DNA of 64,000 nt from Amoebidium appalachense. Taxonomy: Eukaryota; Protista; Ichthyosporea. Below, in pieces: positions 46,841-62,463 of the stretch. The stretch is taken from NCBI GenBank assembly GCA_963693365.1, contig CAVNZM010000001.1, positions 3,612,907 through 3,676,906 of the forward strand, read 5' to 3'. Position 1 is the first letter of the stretch. Every line of letters begins with the position of its first letter. Made by a program: the position numbers and the translations under genes. Below the pieces are notes generated by a model that worked only from the letters and a program-made list of their open reading frames with translations, ran no database searches and was not told the DNA's origin.

Positions 46841-47412
46841 CGTGTTTTTGCTTGAAAAGTCCGGGGTTTTTTTTTCTTCTTGATATTTTTTAGGTGATGG
46901 GTGTAAGTAGTGGCTAGCATGCTATCTTGTTGGCAGATAAATGTTTTTGTTTGATTGTGTGTACGGGAGTTTGTATATATTCTTTTTTGGGCTCGATTTT
47001 CTTTTGTTTGTGTTCATGTCACTTGCGTTTTTGACTTGTCTTTTTGGCTGTTCGTAATGAGAACTAGATACAGTTGCGAGCTTCAAGTTCGCTAGTCAGG
47101 TATGATTTTTTGGATATTATTTTGCATTAACACACACTCTCTCTCTCTTTTTGTTTTTGTTTTGTTTTTGTTTTTGTTTTAGTTTTAACCGGTTGAAGTT
47201 CTTCTTAGGGTGTTGGTTGTGTTCCCAATGAGCTGTAGTTAAACGCTTTCATAGTGCACAGTATAAACGTTTCTCTTTTCTCTGGAATAGGCCTAAGTGT
47301 TCATTTTTACTTGTAGGATTAGGTGTTTAAATTAATGAACAAAAGTTGTGAAGACGAGGAAATACACCAAGGCACCCTCGTGCACACACACGGGCAGGGT
47401 CATTTTCACACA

Positions 47413-47472
<60 letters not shown>

Positions 47473-49460
47473 CGCACTCTTACGCAACCTACACACCCCA
47501 AATAGTATAAAGCCGCTGGGAGCACGCCTAGCCAACTAGCCTGCTTTTAGCCTTATTAGGTTATGTATATGACAACACTATTGGATTGTGGCGCAATGCC
47601 CCACTGTGTATATTTCTGGACACTAGCGTGGCCCCAGGAACCATGCTTTGGGGGAATACCATTAGCCGGCCCCTGGTGGGCGCTGACTGACTCTCTGGTT
47701 CTGTGACTGTCCGAATTTTGTTGCGGGTTTCGTGTTTCACAACCTTCAAATTAGCCCGGTTAACCCCCCCCCCCCCCCCCCCTCCCCCCCCCCACCACCA
47801 CCACCACCACCACCACCACCACCACCACCGCGCCTTCCCGCCCTGCACCTCTTGGAATTTCTGCACTTGCAGCAATGACGTGTGTTGTCTGTCGTGAACG
47901 CGTCCCCGTACATGTACACATCTTCCAAGGGGAAAAGCATTTCTATCGATAACCCTCCTCGTGAGCTCAGACACACGTGTGAGAAGTGTTACAGTGAGAA
48001 TTTATCAATTGATTGACCCCGGGCCAGGCTCTCCCTTGACCGACCCCCCCCCCCCCCCCCCCCCCCCCCCTAAGGCAACGGTCAGTAGTCGAATACATAT
48101 ATATATGTGCCTTCGACTATTCTTGGACACGTGCACACGATGTATGAATGTGGGTGTGCACATGCGCGATGTACATGCATATGCGAGTGCACGGTTCAGC
48201 ATTCAACATGAAAGACCTGGGCGTCATCTGCATCACACCTAGTCCATCCGATGCATCAGATTCTCCATCAGTAGAAGGCGCGTCACGCCGCCACACGGCA
48301 CAACACTCGTGCATAAAGCGTGCCCACGTGCACAGACACATCAATATGCCCACTCGTCAAGCGGACAATTGTGTGTACGCACATGGCTATAAATAGAAGC
48401 ACACATATCTCTACGTGGTTGAATTGTATCGTGTGTGTGCGGTAAGTGCAATCGAATGCGCTTTTTTCTTTTTGGCTACATTGTCAATCGGTTCCATTTT
48501 GAAGCTCCTTACACAACACCTTTAATAATTAGGGACTGGCATTTGTTTATTTGTGGCTCGAGTACTGTATACGTATGTATGATTGGCGCATAACATAGTG
48601 GCCCCATATCTTAGGTAAATTTAATAATGTACCTAATATAATTGAGTAATCGCCTTGGGCAGTCAACGTCTTTATATGAAATAGCATCAGACGGTCAACC
48701 CCCGACCAATCCTGTTGCTCGGATGCGCTATATTGCCTACAGATTTTAAGCAAGTGCAAAAAGAGAATCACAGATCCAACACTTGAAAGCAATTGCCGGT
48801 TACGTATACCTATCGAATAACAGTTCTATTCCTTTAATTTAAATCAGGCGTGCCCAAGACAACATAACAACACCGGCAACAACAAAAACAAAAAAAAAGG
48901 CTTAAAGCCACGTCTGTGTCTTCAAAAATGCCCACATCCACTCACAAGAAGGGGCAGGCGGGGAAAAGAAAGCAGCAAGACAAAGAAGGAAACACACAAC
49001 GTGATTTCCTATTCCCCATTCAAGACACGCGAGATAACAACTAAATCCAAGATGTGCGAGATAATAATACGATTCGAGATATCCGAAATATTCAAAGATG
49101 GTTCAATTGATAGAAAATCTGCCGAGCACTAAACGCTCCGACAACACAATCAGCATACACCCATGTGTGAAAAAATGTCTCTCTTCCTTTAAACCCCCAG
49201 GCTCTCATTAGTAAGCGAATGATCAGCCAAGATAGCCGTTGCAACCTACACTAGGACACCCATGTCTGATTTTTTTTTTTTTAAACAGAGGTATGGGATT
49301 ATAATTTAAAAAATAAAGGGCGGTAAAAGGTGGGAGAGGAGAGGGCGGGGAGGAAAAACCCCCGCCTATATCAACATCTCCTTACACTTGGAGGGGTGGC
49401 GTAGTAGGTGGCAATGAATGAATTATGGATTGGTGAATGTACTGATGCTGGTCGTGCTTG

Positions 49461-49508
<48 letters not shown>

Positions 49509-49604
49509 CGTGTGCGTGTGCGTGTGCGTGTGCGTGTGCGTGTGTGTGTGTTTTGGGAGGTCGGGGGGGGGGGGGGGGGGGGGGGGGGAGGTGCGGGTGG
49601 TGGT

Positions 49605-49643
<39 letters not shown>

Positions 49644-49649
49644 CTCGTT

Positions 49650-49776
49650 TCAGAGGCCCGGTAGACCATAGCCCATGTAGTTTGGCAGTTGAAGGGTTTG
49701 AAGGGATTTGCTCTTGAGTACCGGGGATACGTCGTGCACCTGACTCTCACCCAGATACTGTGTGTGTGTGTGTGTG

Positions 49777-49817
<41 letters not shown>

Positions 49818-50006
49818 ATGTGCGTGTGCGTGTGCGTGTGTGCGTGTGTGCGTGTGCGTGTACGCGTGTGCAGGTGAATATGTGCCTTGCACGTGCCGGT
49901 CGGTGGCCCAGTGTGTGTTTATGTACGTGGATATGTAGGTGTACAATTTGTTGCCCTTGCTTGGTACAGGGTTTGGCGATGGGGAACGGGGAACAGGGGT
50001 GAGCCG

Positions 50007-50090
<84 letters not shown>

Positions 50091-50569
50091 GGAGTGAAGG
50101 GGGGGGGGGGGGGGGGGGTGACAACTGCCAAATCCAGGATCAACACACTTATACCATGAAAAGCAATGCTATCCAAGCTGTGCGTAATGGGCTGTCTTTT
50201 GCACATGCAGCCGTATCAATGCATGTGTATATGTTTTGACCTCGAGAATAAGGAGAGGAGGGGAGGGAAGGCGGGGGGGAGGGGGGGGGGGGGATCCCTA
50301 CCAATTCCTTCAGAGCTGTGCACTTTGAGAGGGGCAAAATGTCAGAGACGGCCGTAAACCCAAGGTCTAGGGAGGCCAGACTATGCAGCACGCTCAGGGG
50401 GGATATATCGGTGACTTTCGTGCCTGGTGTGGGCCCCATTGGGTGGATGCCACGTGAGTAAAATCGATCATTTCACTGCGCCTGCTTTGTGAAAACAAAG
50501 AGGCGAAGAGGAATTGCATCAAAATTAGACTGCCACACTTCACACGGATCCCTTTCCGACCCATCTCCT

Positions 50570-50600
<31 letters not shown>

Positions 50601-50777
50601 TTCCCCCCCCCCACACAAACACCCACCCCCTCCAACCCCCACCCCCTTCCCCCGTCGATCTATGTAAGCAATGTCTGACCACTTGTTACTAAGAGCTCTA
50701 ATTGAAGCACAGATGTGTCTCTCTACAAACAGCAGGGGAAGGGATATATACGGGTGGGTGTTGAATATGGGGGGGAA

Positions 50778-50815
<38 letters not shown>

Positions 50816-51309
50816 AATACCGGCCAGGGATAGGGTGACGAGGGCGGTGCACGAAGTGACGACTGTGACGTCACTGACTGGGGTCAGATACAGCTGCAGC
50901 GTGTGCAGGGCAGGACAGCCGGACAGGGGGGTCAAGTCACTGACTTGCGTGGCACTCAGGTGCAGTGTGTGGAGATCGTGGCACGATGATAATGCACCAA
51001 TGTCTTCCACCTGTCAAATGGGTTTAGTGAGAAAGAGTAAAAGGGAAGAGGAGGGGGGGGGGGAGGAGGGGGGAGGGGGGGGCAGAGGTTGGTGGTGTGA
51101 TGACAATGAAATTTTGCCTTCCACCTGTTAAGAAGTTTTAAAAAGGCCGTTGGAATAAAGATCGTGTGGCACGTGGAGGAGGCAGTATGTACTTCAGCTG
51201 TCCCCCGAGCACCTCTCCACAGACGCCTGCACAACCCCTCCCCCTCCCCCCCCCCCCCCCCCCCCCCCACCCCCCCCACCCCCCCCCCACACAGAGATAG
51301 ACATAGGGG

Positions 51310-51342
<33 letters not shown>

Positions 51343-51810
51343 GCACGCACGCACACACACACACACACCTTACACACACCTTGTTGTGGTAGAGATGCAG
51401 CACTCTCAGATGGGGGCATGCCCTAAGTGGGGCAATCGAGCTGAGACGGTCACAGTCTCGAAGACTGAGTTTATGCAGACCGTGGCAGGTGGATAGGGCC
51501 GTGAGATCAGACACCTGTGTGCATGGAATACGGTGAATAGTTGCATGAAGAATATGAATACCTGAACACCACGAACACTTGAGTGATGAATGTCACGATG
51601 ATGAGAACAATGAATATTCTGATGAATATCAGCAATAGTTTGATGAACAACATAAAGCAATTTTTTTTTAAACCAAGAAAAAAAGTATGATTATGGCTTG
51701 GCTGATGGCTCATTATATAAACACTTCGGTTACCCTTCTGTATAGCGAGAGGAAGGCAGGGGGCACGTGGGGGGAGGGGGGGGGGGTTTTAAGGCAGACG
51801 CACACACGCA

Positions 51811-51897
<87 letters not shown>

Positions 51898-52061
51898 TTG
51901 TCCTGTTGAGATACAGGTGCACCAGACGGTCACACCCACTCAGTGGACTGATGTCCCACACATTAGTGCAGCTCAAATCGAGATACCTTAGTCTCCCACA
52001 GGCAGACAGACCCCCTATGTGCTCCACCTGTGTACGTGCGTGTACGCGCGTGTGTGTGTAC

Positions 52062-52138
<77 letters not shown>

Positions 52139-52998
52139 GTGTGTGTGTGTGCGTGTGTGTGTGTGTGTGTGTGTGCCTCTGTGTGGAGGAAGTGGACGGA
52201 GGTGTCGCACACATCGGGTTGCACCAAGGTCAGGTCTGTCACAGCCAAAAACACGTGCGCGCACGCGCGTGTAAAATCCGGATTTTGTCAATTTCTGGAT
52301 TTAGGATTATAATATTCATCTTATATCCTGACGAAAGCTTCAAATAAGAGTAGAGTAGCTGAAGGTATTACTTACCTACCTGACTGCCATTTTCTTATCA
52401 ATGAGTACTCGCGTTAAGGTAGTATGAATTTTACAAATTCCGTTAAAGTAGTACGAATTTTACAAATATGGATCATATCTTTAAGAATATATAGATTATT
52501 TATCACAAAGGGACATCCCCACAAAGGGTATAGGGACATCTCCAAAATCCATTCAGATCTCCAAAATACATTTCAGATCTTAAAAATACATTTTAGACCG
52601 CTAAAACTCCAATTTTGACACTGTGTGTGTGTGTTCGTGTGTGTGTGTGTGTCTGCGTATGTGTTTGTGTGTGCTCGTAAATGTTTGTGTGCCTCTGAGG
52701 GTGTGTGAGGTGTGTGGGATGTGTGGGATGTGTGTATGGTGTGCGCGTGTGTGTGTGTGTGTGTGTGTGTGGGCGCGTGCGTGTGAGTGTGGATGTGTGT
52801 GTGGAAGGGGGAGGTTGGTATAGAACAACTAAAACAGGTTTGAAAGGTTTCACACTGACAACACACACACAGCCAGATGCTTACGAGCATGCAGTTTTGT
52901 AACAAGACTTGAACACAAACACTTTCCCACAAGTACAGACATACACGCACTGCACACGGGCATATACACTCAAAAGAGGGACATATAGATACACAGGG

Positions 52999-53040
<42 letters not shown>

Positions 53041-54533
53041 CACACTTGTACACACGACCTTGTGAACCTGGCAACAAAGAAAGAGACTTGAAGAGTGCTA
53101 GGAAATGCAAATGTCGACCGAAGAAAGGCTGAGTTGCAAGAGGTTGTTGCTGTTGCTGTTAGAAAACTTCACAGAATACGAGGTACACATTTAAGAGAGA
53201 CAACACAACGAAACTATGCAAAAAAAAGATAACACCGGTATGCATCATGAGTAGAGAATTAGGGGGAAGAAGGTGGGAGGGAGGGAGGGAGGGAGGGAGA
53301 GGGGGGGGGGGGGGGGAGGAGGGGGGGAGAGGAGGGGGGGGGGGGGGGGGCGGGGTGGGGGGGGGGGGGGGGGAGGGGGGAGGGGCAAGTCATCCATAAG
53401 GCTCGCTCTCTTTGGGCGCAACCATTCGCCTCGCATGCAAAATTATACTTCAGTTGACACTGGGTCAACCCTTTTGATCATAAACCAAGCAGGTTACCTA
53501 GGCAAGCAGACGCCACAGGCAATAACAGTGGGAAGGCCCCGCAGCAGGGGGGAGGGGGGGGGGGGGGGAGGGGGAGAGCTGAAGGGGGGAAGAGCCCGGT
53601 AAAAAGGGGGGAGGGAGGGGGAGGGGAGGGGGGGGAGAGAGAGAGGGAGACACACACCTTTGTGTTTGCCATTGAGAGATGTTCGAGTGACGGGCAGGCA
53701 GCCAGGGGGTCGAGACAGGCACAGGGGGTGTGGTCTAACCGTACGTGGGTGAGGTGGCGACAGTGTGTGAGGGCACTGATGTCTTGCATCTGTGTGGAGG
53801 AGGGCGGTGTGTGTGTGCGCGTGTGTGTGTGTGCGTATGTGTGTGTGTGTGCGTGTGCGTGTGTGTGTGCAGTGGGTGGGTGAGTGTGTACCGGGGGGAG
53901 GGGGGAGGGGGAGGGGGGAGAGGGTAAGCGATTATGTGCCACAGAGGGGAATGCAGGGATGTATGCGTGTGAGCACAACAGCACAATGCAGAAGTTGCAG
54001 AGCACACACAAAGAGCATGTCATGCTCAGAGGGGGAGAAGGGGGGGGGGGGGGGGGGGGGGGAGGGGGTACCTGAGTGCGGCTCAAGTCGAGAGTACGAA
54101 GATGCTTGCACCCGGCTAGGGCCGAAATGTCGGCCACTCGGGTCAGACGGAGTTTAAGGTGGAGTAGGCGGGGGCAGTGCGTGAGCACAGAGATGTCTGA
54201 TACCTGTGCACTCTCTATCTGTATGTGTACGTGTGTGTGTGTGTGTGTGTGTACGTGTGTGTGTGTGTGTGTGTGCGTGTGTGTATGCGTGTGTGTGTAC
54301 TCGTGTGGACGTCAAGAGAGGGAGAGAAAGAAAGGAAGAAAAGGGGATGAGAGAGAATGAGATCGGGGGGGGGAGAGGGGGGGGGGGAGAGAGGGAGGGT
54401 GTGTAAGTGTGTGTGTGTGTGTATGTGTGTGCGTGTGTGCGTGCGTGCGTGTTTGTGGGTGCGTGTGTGCGTGTGTGTGTGCGTGCGTGCGTGCGTGCGT
54501 GCGTGCCTGTGTGTGTGTGTGTATTATGTGTGT

Positions 54534-54590
<57 letters not shown>

Positions 54591-55219
54591 CATGTGTATG
54601 CACGTGTACGGTGTGTGCACGAGTGTCCAACAGTGTGGACGTGAATGCGTGTGTAATCAACTACTCGCACATGTGCACGTGCACACACGGTCTGTGCGTG
54701 TGGGAATAGGAAAGTGTATAGGTGCATGAATATAGGTGTACATGTGAATGCGACCGTGCTGGGTGTTGCGGATTAGTCAAGATCGAAATCGGCTCGATCG
54801 GATTGCCCACATATGGAAACCGTTAAAACAATCATGATACCCAGGGGCGCTGCTACATGTGTTTCTGTGTACACACGTGTGCGTATGGTTGGTGCAAAGT
54901 GTCTGCGTGCTTGTACCCACGCGTACGTGTGCATGCTGTGTGTATGTGCACACGAAACTAGGTATGTGAATACGTGTGTGTACATCTATCTGTGTGGGTG
55001 TGTGTGTGTGTGTGTGTGTTGCATGTGTGTGTATACGTGTAAGTGTGTACATATTTATGCGTGTACATGTACAGGTGTCTGTATACGTGTGTGTGTGCCC
55101 GTACCTACGAGTGGACGTGTCCGTGTGCACGTGTGGACATGCAGGGGTGGAAAGTGAAAGTGGATTCTTGTAGATACTCTTTTTCTTCAAACCCATCCCC
55201 CCCCCCCCCCCCCCCCCCC

Positions 55220-55253
<34 letters not shown>

Positions 55254-55309
55254 TCTGGAGGTTGTGTGATAGGGATGGCATGGGGTTTGGTGGTGGTGGT
55301 GGTGGTGGT

Positions 55310-55346
<37 letters not shown>

Positions 55347-55963
55347 GACGGGGAGGAGGGGGAGAGGTCAGTACCTCGAGAACGGCCAGTTGGCAGCAAT
55401 GACTCAAAGCTGAGATATCTGTCACCATGGTCTGGGATAGACGCAGCACCTGTGTGTGTATGATATAATAGATGAGTCGTTTTTTTTTAAATATATCTCC
55501 TGTATCTCAAAGGTTTGTGAACTCAAATAGTGTGAACTCGGTTGTATGCCTGCCCGTTTCTAATCTCTTGTCTTCGAGTTCTGGCTCGTTTTACATTCGG
55601 TAAGCTCAAAGAAGGCAACAGACGTTAAAAGAGGGGGGGAGGGGAGGGGGGGGGGGGGGAGGAGGGGGGCAGAGTGAAATGGTGACGGGATGGGGGAGGC
55701 AGAAGGAGAGGAAGAGAAAGCGAGAGCCGTTGGGAGGGGAGTAAGGGGGGGGGGAAGGGGGGGGGGGGGGGAGTCTTTACCTTGAGGTTTGAGCATTGGC
55801 TGAGGGCAGAGACGTCAGCCACCTCCGTGTGGTCTAGAAATAGCGTCTGGAGGGCCAAGCAGTCGGCTAGAGGGCCAATGTTGGTCACCCGTGTGTGGCT
55901 GAGGTCCACATGCTGTAGCTGGGTGCGTCTGCACACACACACACGTGTGTGTGTGTGTGTGAC

Positions 55964-56036
<73 letters not shown>

Positions 56037-56055
56037 CGCGTGTGTGCGTGCATGT

Positions 56056-56086
<31 letters not shown>

Positions 56087-56285
56087 GGGGGGGGGGGAGG
56101 GGGGTTTGGTGTATGCATGAGAGGGTGAAAAATACGAAAGTAGATAAACATCATAGAACACAGCCCCCCCCCAAAAAAGAAAAACAAAAAATGCGCAGGC
56201 ATCCAGACTAGAACTAGGACTGCTGTCGACTCTTCAAGCTATCGTGTATGCCAGGACCCATAAATTGTTCAAAAAGAGTCCCTCA

Positions 56286-56321
<36 letters not shown>

Positions 56322-56842
56322 ATAATAGGTTACATAGTAAGAACTTCACTCACAACAAACGGACACTATGAAGATTATTGTGCCCCCCCCCCCAAAAAAA
56401 AGCATGCACAGAGAGCCTGCTCATTAACAAGAAGAGCCCATCCTCAGGGGTGGGAGACTCAAAGAATTGGGGGGGGGAATACATTCTGAGTCCGTCGACA
56501 CAGTTGACTGCTCTGTTTCTGACGGTGGGGAAGGAGACCGCACTGATACGTGGCCAATTGCGTAAAACAACATGAAGCCTGGAGGAGGGTGGGTGGGGGG
56601 GGGGGGGGTAGAATGTGTTACAGAGTAAGAAGTGCACATTCATCGCCGATAAGTGTGTGTGCGCGCGCGCGCGCGCGCGCGTGTGTGTGTGTGGGTGGGT
56701 GGGTGTGCATGTGTGTGTGTGTGTGTGTGCGCGCGCGTGCGTGTGGATATGTGTATGTGAATATGTTGCGGGATATGTTTTTTGCACAAAACATATGAAG
56801 GTAGCCTTCTCTTCGTGCCCGTCTCCTCCCCTTTTTCTTTTC

Positions 56843-56875
<33 letters not shown>

Positions 56876-56987
56876 TTGTTGTTGTTGGGGGGGGGGGGGG
56901 GGGGGGGGGGGGGAGAATGAACCAATGCAAGAGGGGCTATGCACCTCCTCTATGTATATGGGCTTTTATCTCCCTCCCTGCATCCCT

Positions 56988-57026
<39 letters not shown>

Positions 57027-57210
57027 AAAAAAAAAGAAAAAAGAATAAGAAGAAGAAGAAGAAGAAGAAGGAGAAGGAGAAGAAGACAGAAAGAAGAAAG
57101 AACGAAAGAACGAAAGAAAGAAACAAATGAATGAAGGGAGTAAGGAAGAAAGAAAACAAGAAAGAAGGAAAAGTAAGGAAAAGAGACGGAGACTTTAAGA
57201 AAGGAAAGCC

Positions 57211-57246
<36 letters not shown>

Positions 57247-58199
57247 GGGGGGGGGGGGGGAGGGGGAGGGGGGGGGGGGGGGGGGGGGGGAGGGAGGAGG
57301 GGATGTATAAATTCAGGAAAGGAAAGAAAAGAAAATATGAAAGAGCAGGTACTTACCTCTCAGGCTGCTCAGCGTAAACCGGCAGAAATCTGACCACTGG
57401 GAGGGGAATGGGGTCAAATCAATGTGAATATTGCAAAAGGCAAATGTGTTCCGAAGAAATGAAAATGCAAACCATGTAAATATCACAGACCTTAACTTAT
57501 AGTATGTTTATAGTGTATGTAGTATATAACTCCTTGGCATTTCAGTCTACATCAATTTTCAACCAAGACTCCTTATACTGCAGGCCTAAAAAAGAAAGCT
57601 GTGATACGATTGTTTTCCACCCTTAACACGATAGAACGCCGTTTGATCATAATAATTGCCATGATTCTTCTTTTTCAAGTGTCCTTAAGCACAACAAAAA
57701 AGGGAATGAACTTGAAACCCGGTGCTTTAGTTCAAACGCCAATTGTGCAATTTGCACGCATATCCCGCCTTTTGATGGCATTTTTGGCTGCTAAAAGTAT
57801 GATACAGACATCATCCTAGGTGCTAGGTGAGTGTTGCTGCCATTTACCATTACGGTATGTATTTGTAGCGGGGCAAGGGCGGGGGGACTTGGGGGAGATG
57901 GAAGGGCTTTTTTTTTGGGGGGGGGGGGGGGGGTTTAAGGCGTGTAATAATGCCAAGAAAACAGAGCAAGCTCTTTACAACAATAATAAACCTAAGTTAA
58001 ACATGTGAACCTCTGGAGGAGCTGTATTAGGCTATATATAGAAATAGGGACTAATTATAGACACACCTCCCAGGACGGTGCGTTTTGCTGCATGCCTCCA
58101 TGTACGACACACACGGCTGCACACCCGCACCACCGTAGGCACGTCCAAAAAATAGAATATGCACGGTAGGAGCTCCACTGTGTGCGTACGTGTATGTGT

Positions 58200-58290
<91 letters not shown>

Positions 58291-58372
58291 CCTGTGTGCG
58301 TGCCTGTGTGCGTGCCTGTGTGCGTGTGTGCGCGCGCGTGCGTGTGTGTGTTTGTGGATGCGCGTGCACACC

Positions 58373-58403
<31 letters not shown>

Positions 58404-59006
58404 AAAGTGTGTGTGTGTGTGTGTGTGTGTTGGGGGGGAGGGGGGGGGGGGAAGGGGGAGGAATCAACCGTATGTTGGGAGGTTGTCAAACCTGGCACTA
58501 CATTAACAACAGGTCAGAGTGACAAGAACGTTCATTGGTTAAGTTCACTGGATAGGCCACGGAAGAATGCTGTGGATAAACTTTAAAGATAGTGGTGGTG
58601 AGGGAGAGGGGGTGGGGAGTTAGGGGGGGGGGGGGGGAGGGGGGGGGAGGAAGGGGGGTTAAGTGAGAATTGGCGGCAAGGGGGAAGCGGAGATGGGCAA
58701 AACGATTTATTGGGTAAAGGTTAAGATTGGAGTGTGGGGGGGGGGGGGGGGGGGGGGGGAGGGTGAAAGAGAGGAGGGGAGGGGAAGGGGGGAGGGGGCT
58801 GAAGTGGATCTGGACAGCCTCAGGTTCTACGCGACCATGCTTGATCAGTATTTTAAACACGGGCATAATGGCCAGACTATAAAAAGATCCAGTACCATAC
58901 CTGGTAGCCCCTGGATGTTTATGGCTTCCGTATCAGCACCTGTCCCTGAGAGATGCTTCGTGGGTGCGTGTGGTTGCACACCACTACTGCCCACGCCTTG
59001 TGGCAT
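49650..59006 (-). CDS. F-box / leucine-rich-repeat protein (22-aa internalin-like LRRs); 13 exons, ~513 aa
   Basis: Exons 59006-58901, 58177-58067, 57396-57357, 56578-56483, 55928-55781, 55449-55375, 54218-54072, 53789-53658, 52027-51896, 51514-51380, 51010-50821, 50423-50302, 49757-49650; phase-consistent (1542 nt). F-box [30 protein letters not shown], then about 17 repeats of VxDIxxLxxCxxLxxLxLxxT. Confidence 0.9.
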
Positions 59007-60189
59007 TTTTTACCGTGACTTGCAAAAGGTCAAAAACGTCTCAGATCTAGATAATGCATAGGTTAGAACCATAACTGCAAACAATGGTCAAAGAGGACAG
59101 AAGTAAACGCGCTGATTCCTGTATAATTGGGTCAGTTATGTGTAGGTGCAGATGTCCACTTGAACCTACAACATGGGGTTTTTATGCTCAGCTCGCCCCA
59201 AACTTAGGATAAGGCCAATGCATATGGAGCCTCGGAGGCTTGGGCTATGATCCTCCCGAGGCCGGATCCCAACTGGGTGAGAAAACACGACGCGTCAGAC
59301 AAAAAGACACGAGCGGCAGCATAGTGCTCAGCTCAGGTTGTCTTAGTGTTCTCGTCCTCTTTGCTTGTTTCCTGGCCTCAGAGAGTTGACAACCACAACA
59401 ATACGAAGCTGACAACCCCAAAGACTCAAAAAAATGCGTACAAAAACCGGCCGGACTGAAACAACAGGGAGCCGCGTCAACCTGCGTGCCAATCAAATGA
59501 ATTCTTGCTTTTGCTTTTCGCCGGTTTTGTGGAATGTGGAGAGTTCCCGCGGAGCAGCCCGCAGCCGTACGCAGCTGCGTCGCGTAACATCGTGGTGTGT
59601 GCAGTGGCCAGACGCACTCCTCCGGGAAGTTATCACTCTTCACAAAGGAAAAAAAAGAGCATTGACGGAAAGTAAGCTGATAAATTCGGAGGGCTTACAT
59701 TCCCTAATCACGGGATGGATTACTTTCCGAACGTTGTTTTGCTGTTGCCGGAACCGTTGTGTGCACTGTTGCGAAATGATAAACTTGATTTAGCCTTATA
59801 TGGGCCTTGGGTTAACATGATTCCTGATTCAAAAGCCGCAACCCTATAGCCATTGGCCAGCCATCACTGCTGATATTTTACCGGTGATTACACTGATAGA
59901 GTAATGCCTTGTCATCAGCTCAAGCAGTCAGTGCTCACAGTCTCGCAGCTTGCAGTGACGCCCCCTGCATCTGTGCATGCACACGTGCGTACGGCACACA
60001 TATGGCAGGCTGGGTGTGCACACACAGTCCCTTCTCCCTCTGGACGCATGGTACGATGCATCATTACACCCGCACGCCTATGCGTACGCACCAACGCACG
60101 GACGCGTACCTCCACTCACCTTGACGGAATGAAGACATGTGACACACGCGCCGTGGGTATACGTACAACACAAGTACACACGTACAGCT

Positions 60190-60724
<535 letters not shown>

Positions 60725-62401
60725 GCACTAGCACAAAGGCACATAAACAGTCAGTGACACACACAGCCTTGATGCCCAATGCGCGGGCAGGGCAGACACA
60801 TCCACCTACAGCACTGAGCTCGGCAGCAACACATTTGCATGGCATGTCTTCGGCATCGATACATACATGCATATTCGAGTCCATGATATGTCAAGCCGCC
60901 ACATGTATATGGCTGGTGCGGGCACTCTAAAAAATTAGAGGAATAGCCTCGAATCAAATACACTTGACGGGAGAAGCCCGCACACGCGGGCCTGAAAGTT
61001 TTGTTGCAGCTCTAATTCCATCGCAAATTTTTTGGTCAGTGACGTCAGCACCAACATACGTAGGGCGAGCGGAGCCGCAAATGACAGGCGCATGTATTTG
61101 TTTAAAGGCGCGTGTAATTTGTAGCTACAAGCATGTTGCAGTTCTGCTGCCAAGTACACTGCGGTACAGAGGAATCAGTACACGCTAAGCACAGAAGTCA
61201 AGAGGATCATCCGAAAAGCACATGTGAGATCTGTACGTGCTCTCAAGAGGATGCGCTGATGATGTTGCGGTCCGATCCGAATTCTTAACCGGTTAACCGA
61301 TTCCGACTCGATTCCGATTCCTAGGCCGATTCCGATCCGATTCCCTATTTCGATCCGAATCGGAAGCGATCTTCGCCCCAGATGACTCAGTGACGTCAGC
61401 ACTATGGGCACGCCAAGGGCCCAAGGTGCCTCGCAGGGCGAGCGCCGGGGCGAGCGCAGCGAGCCCCGGCAGCGAGCAAGTTAACGCTAACAAAGCCTAC
61501 AAGAACCCTTCCTTTCCAGTCAGTGAACTGATACAGCGCAATAAAAAAGTAATTCGAATTCTACCCGATTGACCCGATTCGGAATTGGTTCCGTATCGGT
61601 TCCGTCCACTGAGCCTCGGTCCGGTCCCACCCGGAGATCGTGTCGACGCAATTCATTTATTATGCCCCCTATCTTCTTGGGTTGTCTTCTATGCGGACAA
61701 GTACGCATGCACGCATGGTGTTATGATCTATGCACGCATGGTGTTATGATCTATGCAATGACTACTGTCGGCTTCATAAAACGATTGCTCGGGGCCTTAT
61801 GTACGACTGGGGCTTGACAATGTAATGATAGAATAGCATTACAAACTAGTAACCACGTTACACCGATTACTATTAGCACTAGCATTATGTCACGTGCACG
61901 GTACCGGTGACACCTTTTCTACGTCCTTAGGAATACAAGCGAACTAGTCACCAGAATCAAACTATCCACTCGATTAATAGCCATTTTAAATTCTTAACGC
62001 CAACCCAAGCCAAACATTCGGTACAAACAACAATAAACTCCGACCACTGCAAGAAGGGCAATAAGACCGGGTGCATGCGACAAAAACCAAAAGAATTCGT
62101 AAGAACGTCGTGTGCTTATTACTGATGACCCAACCCCCCGACCAAAAAAAAACAAAACCTTGCACTGCATAAACACAGAAAGAAACCCTTACAACACAAG
62201 CAATCTCAGGAGAAGGAGGCGAGGGGGAGACGGGGGAAGGGGTGTGATTCTGAATTAAAAGGGGCTGGTGTGTTGGTGAAGACAAAACGTAATACAGAAG
62301 GGGTACGCCGAGGGGAGTTAGGCACCGGGTGAAGGGGGGAAGGGGAGGGGGGGGGGGGAGGATATGAAGGGGGGGGGGGGGGAGGGAGGGGGGGGATTAG
62401 A

Positions 62402-62441
62402 TTCTCTATTTCCACAACCCATGGGTTGTGGAAATAGAGAA
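62402..62441. repeat. Perfect 40-bp palindrome
   Basis: TTCTCTATTTCCACAACCCA|TGGGTTGTGGAAATAGAGAA, with no spacer and no mismatch. Confidence 0.95.
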
Positions 62442-62463
62442 AGAGAATGTGGGGGGAGAAGGT

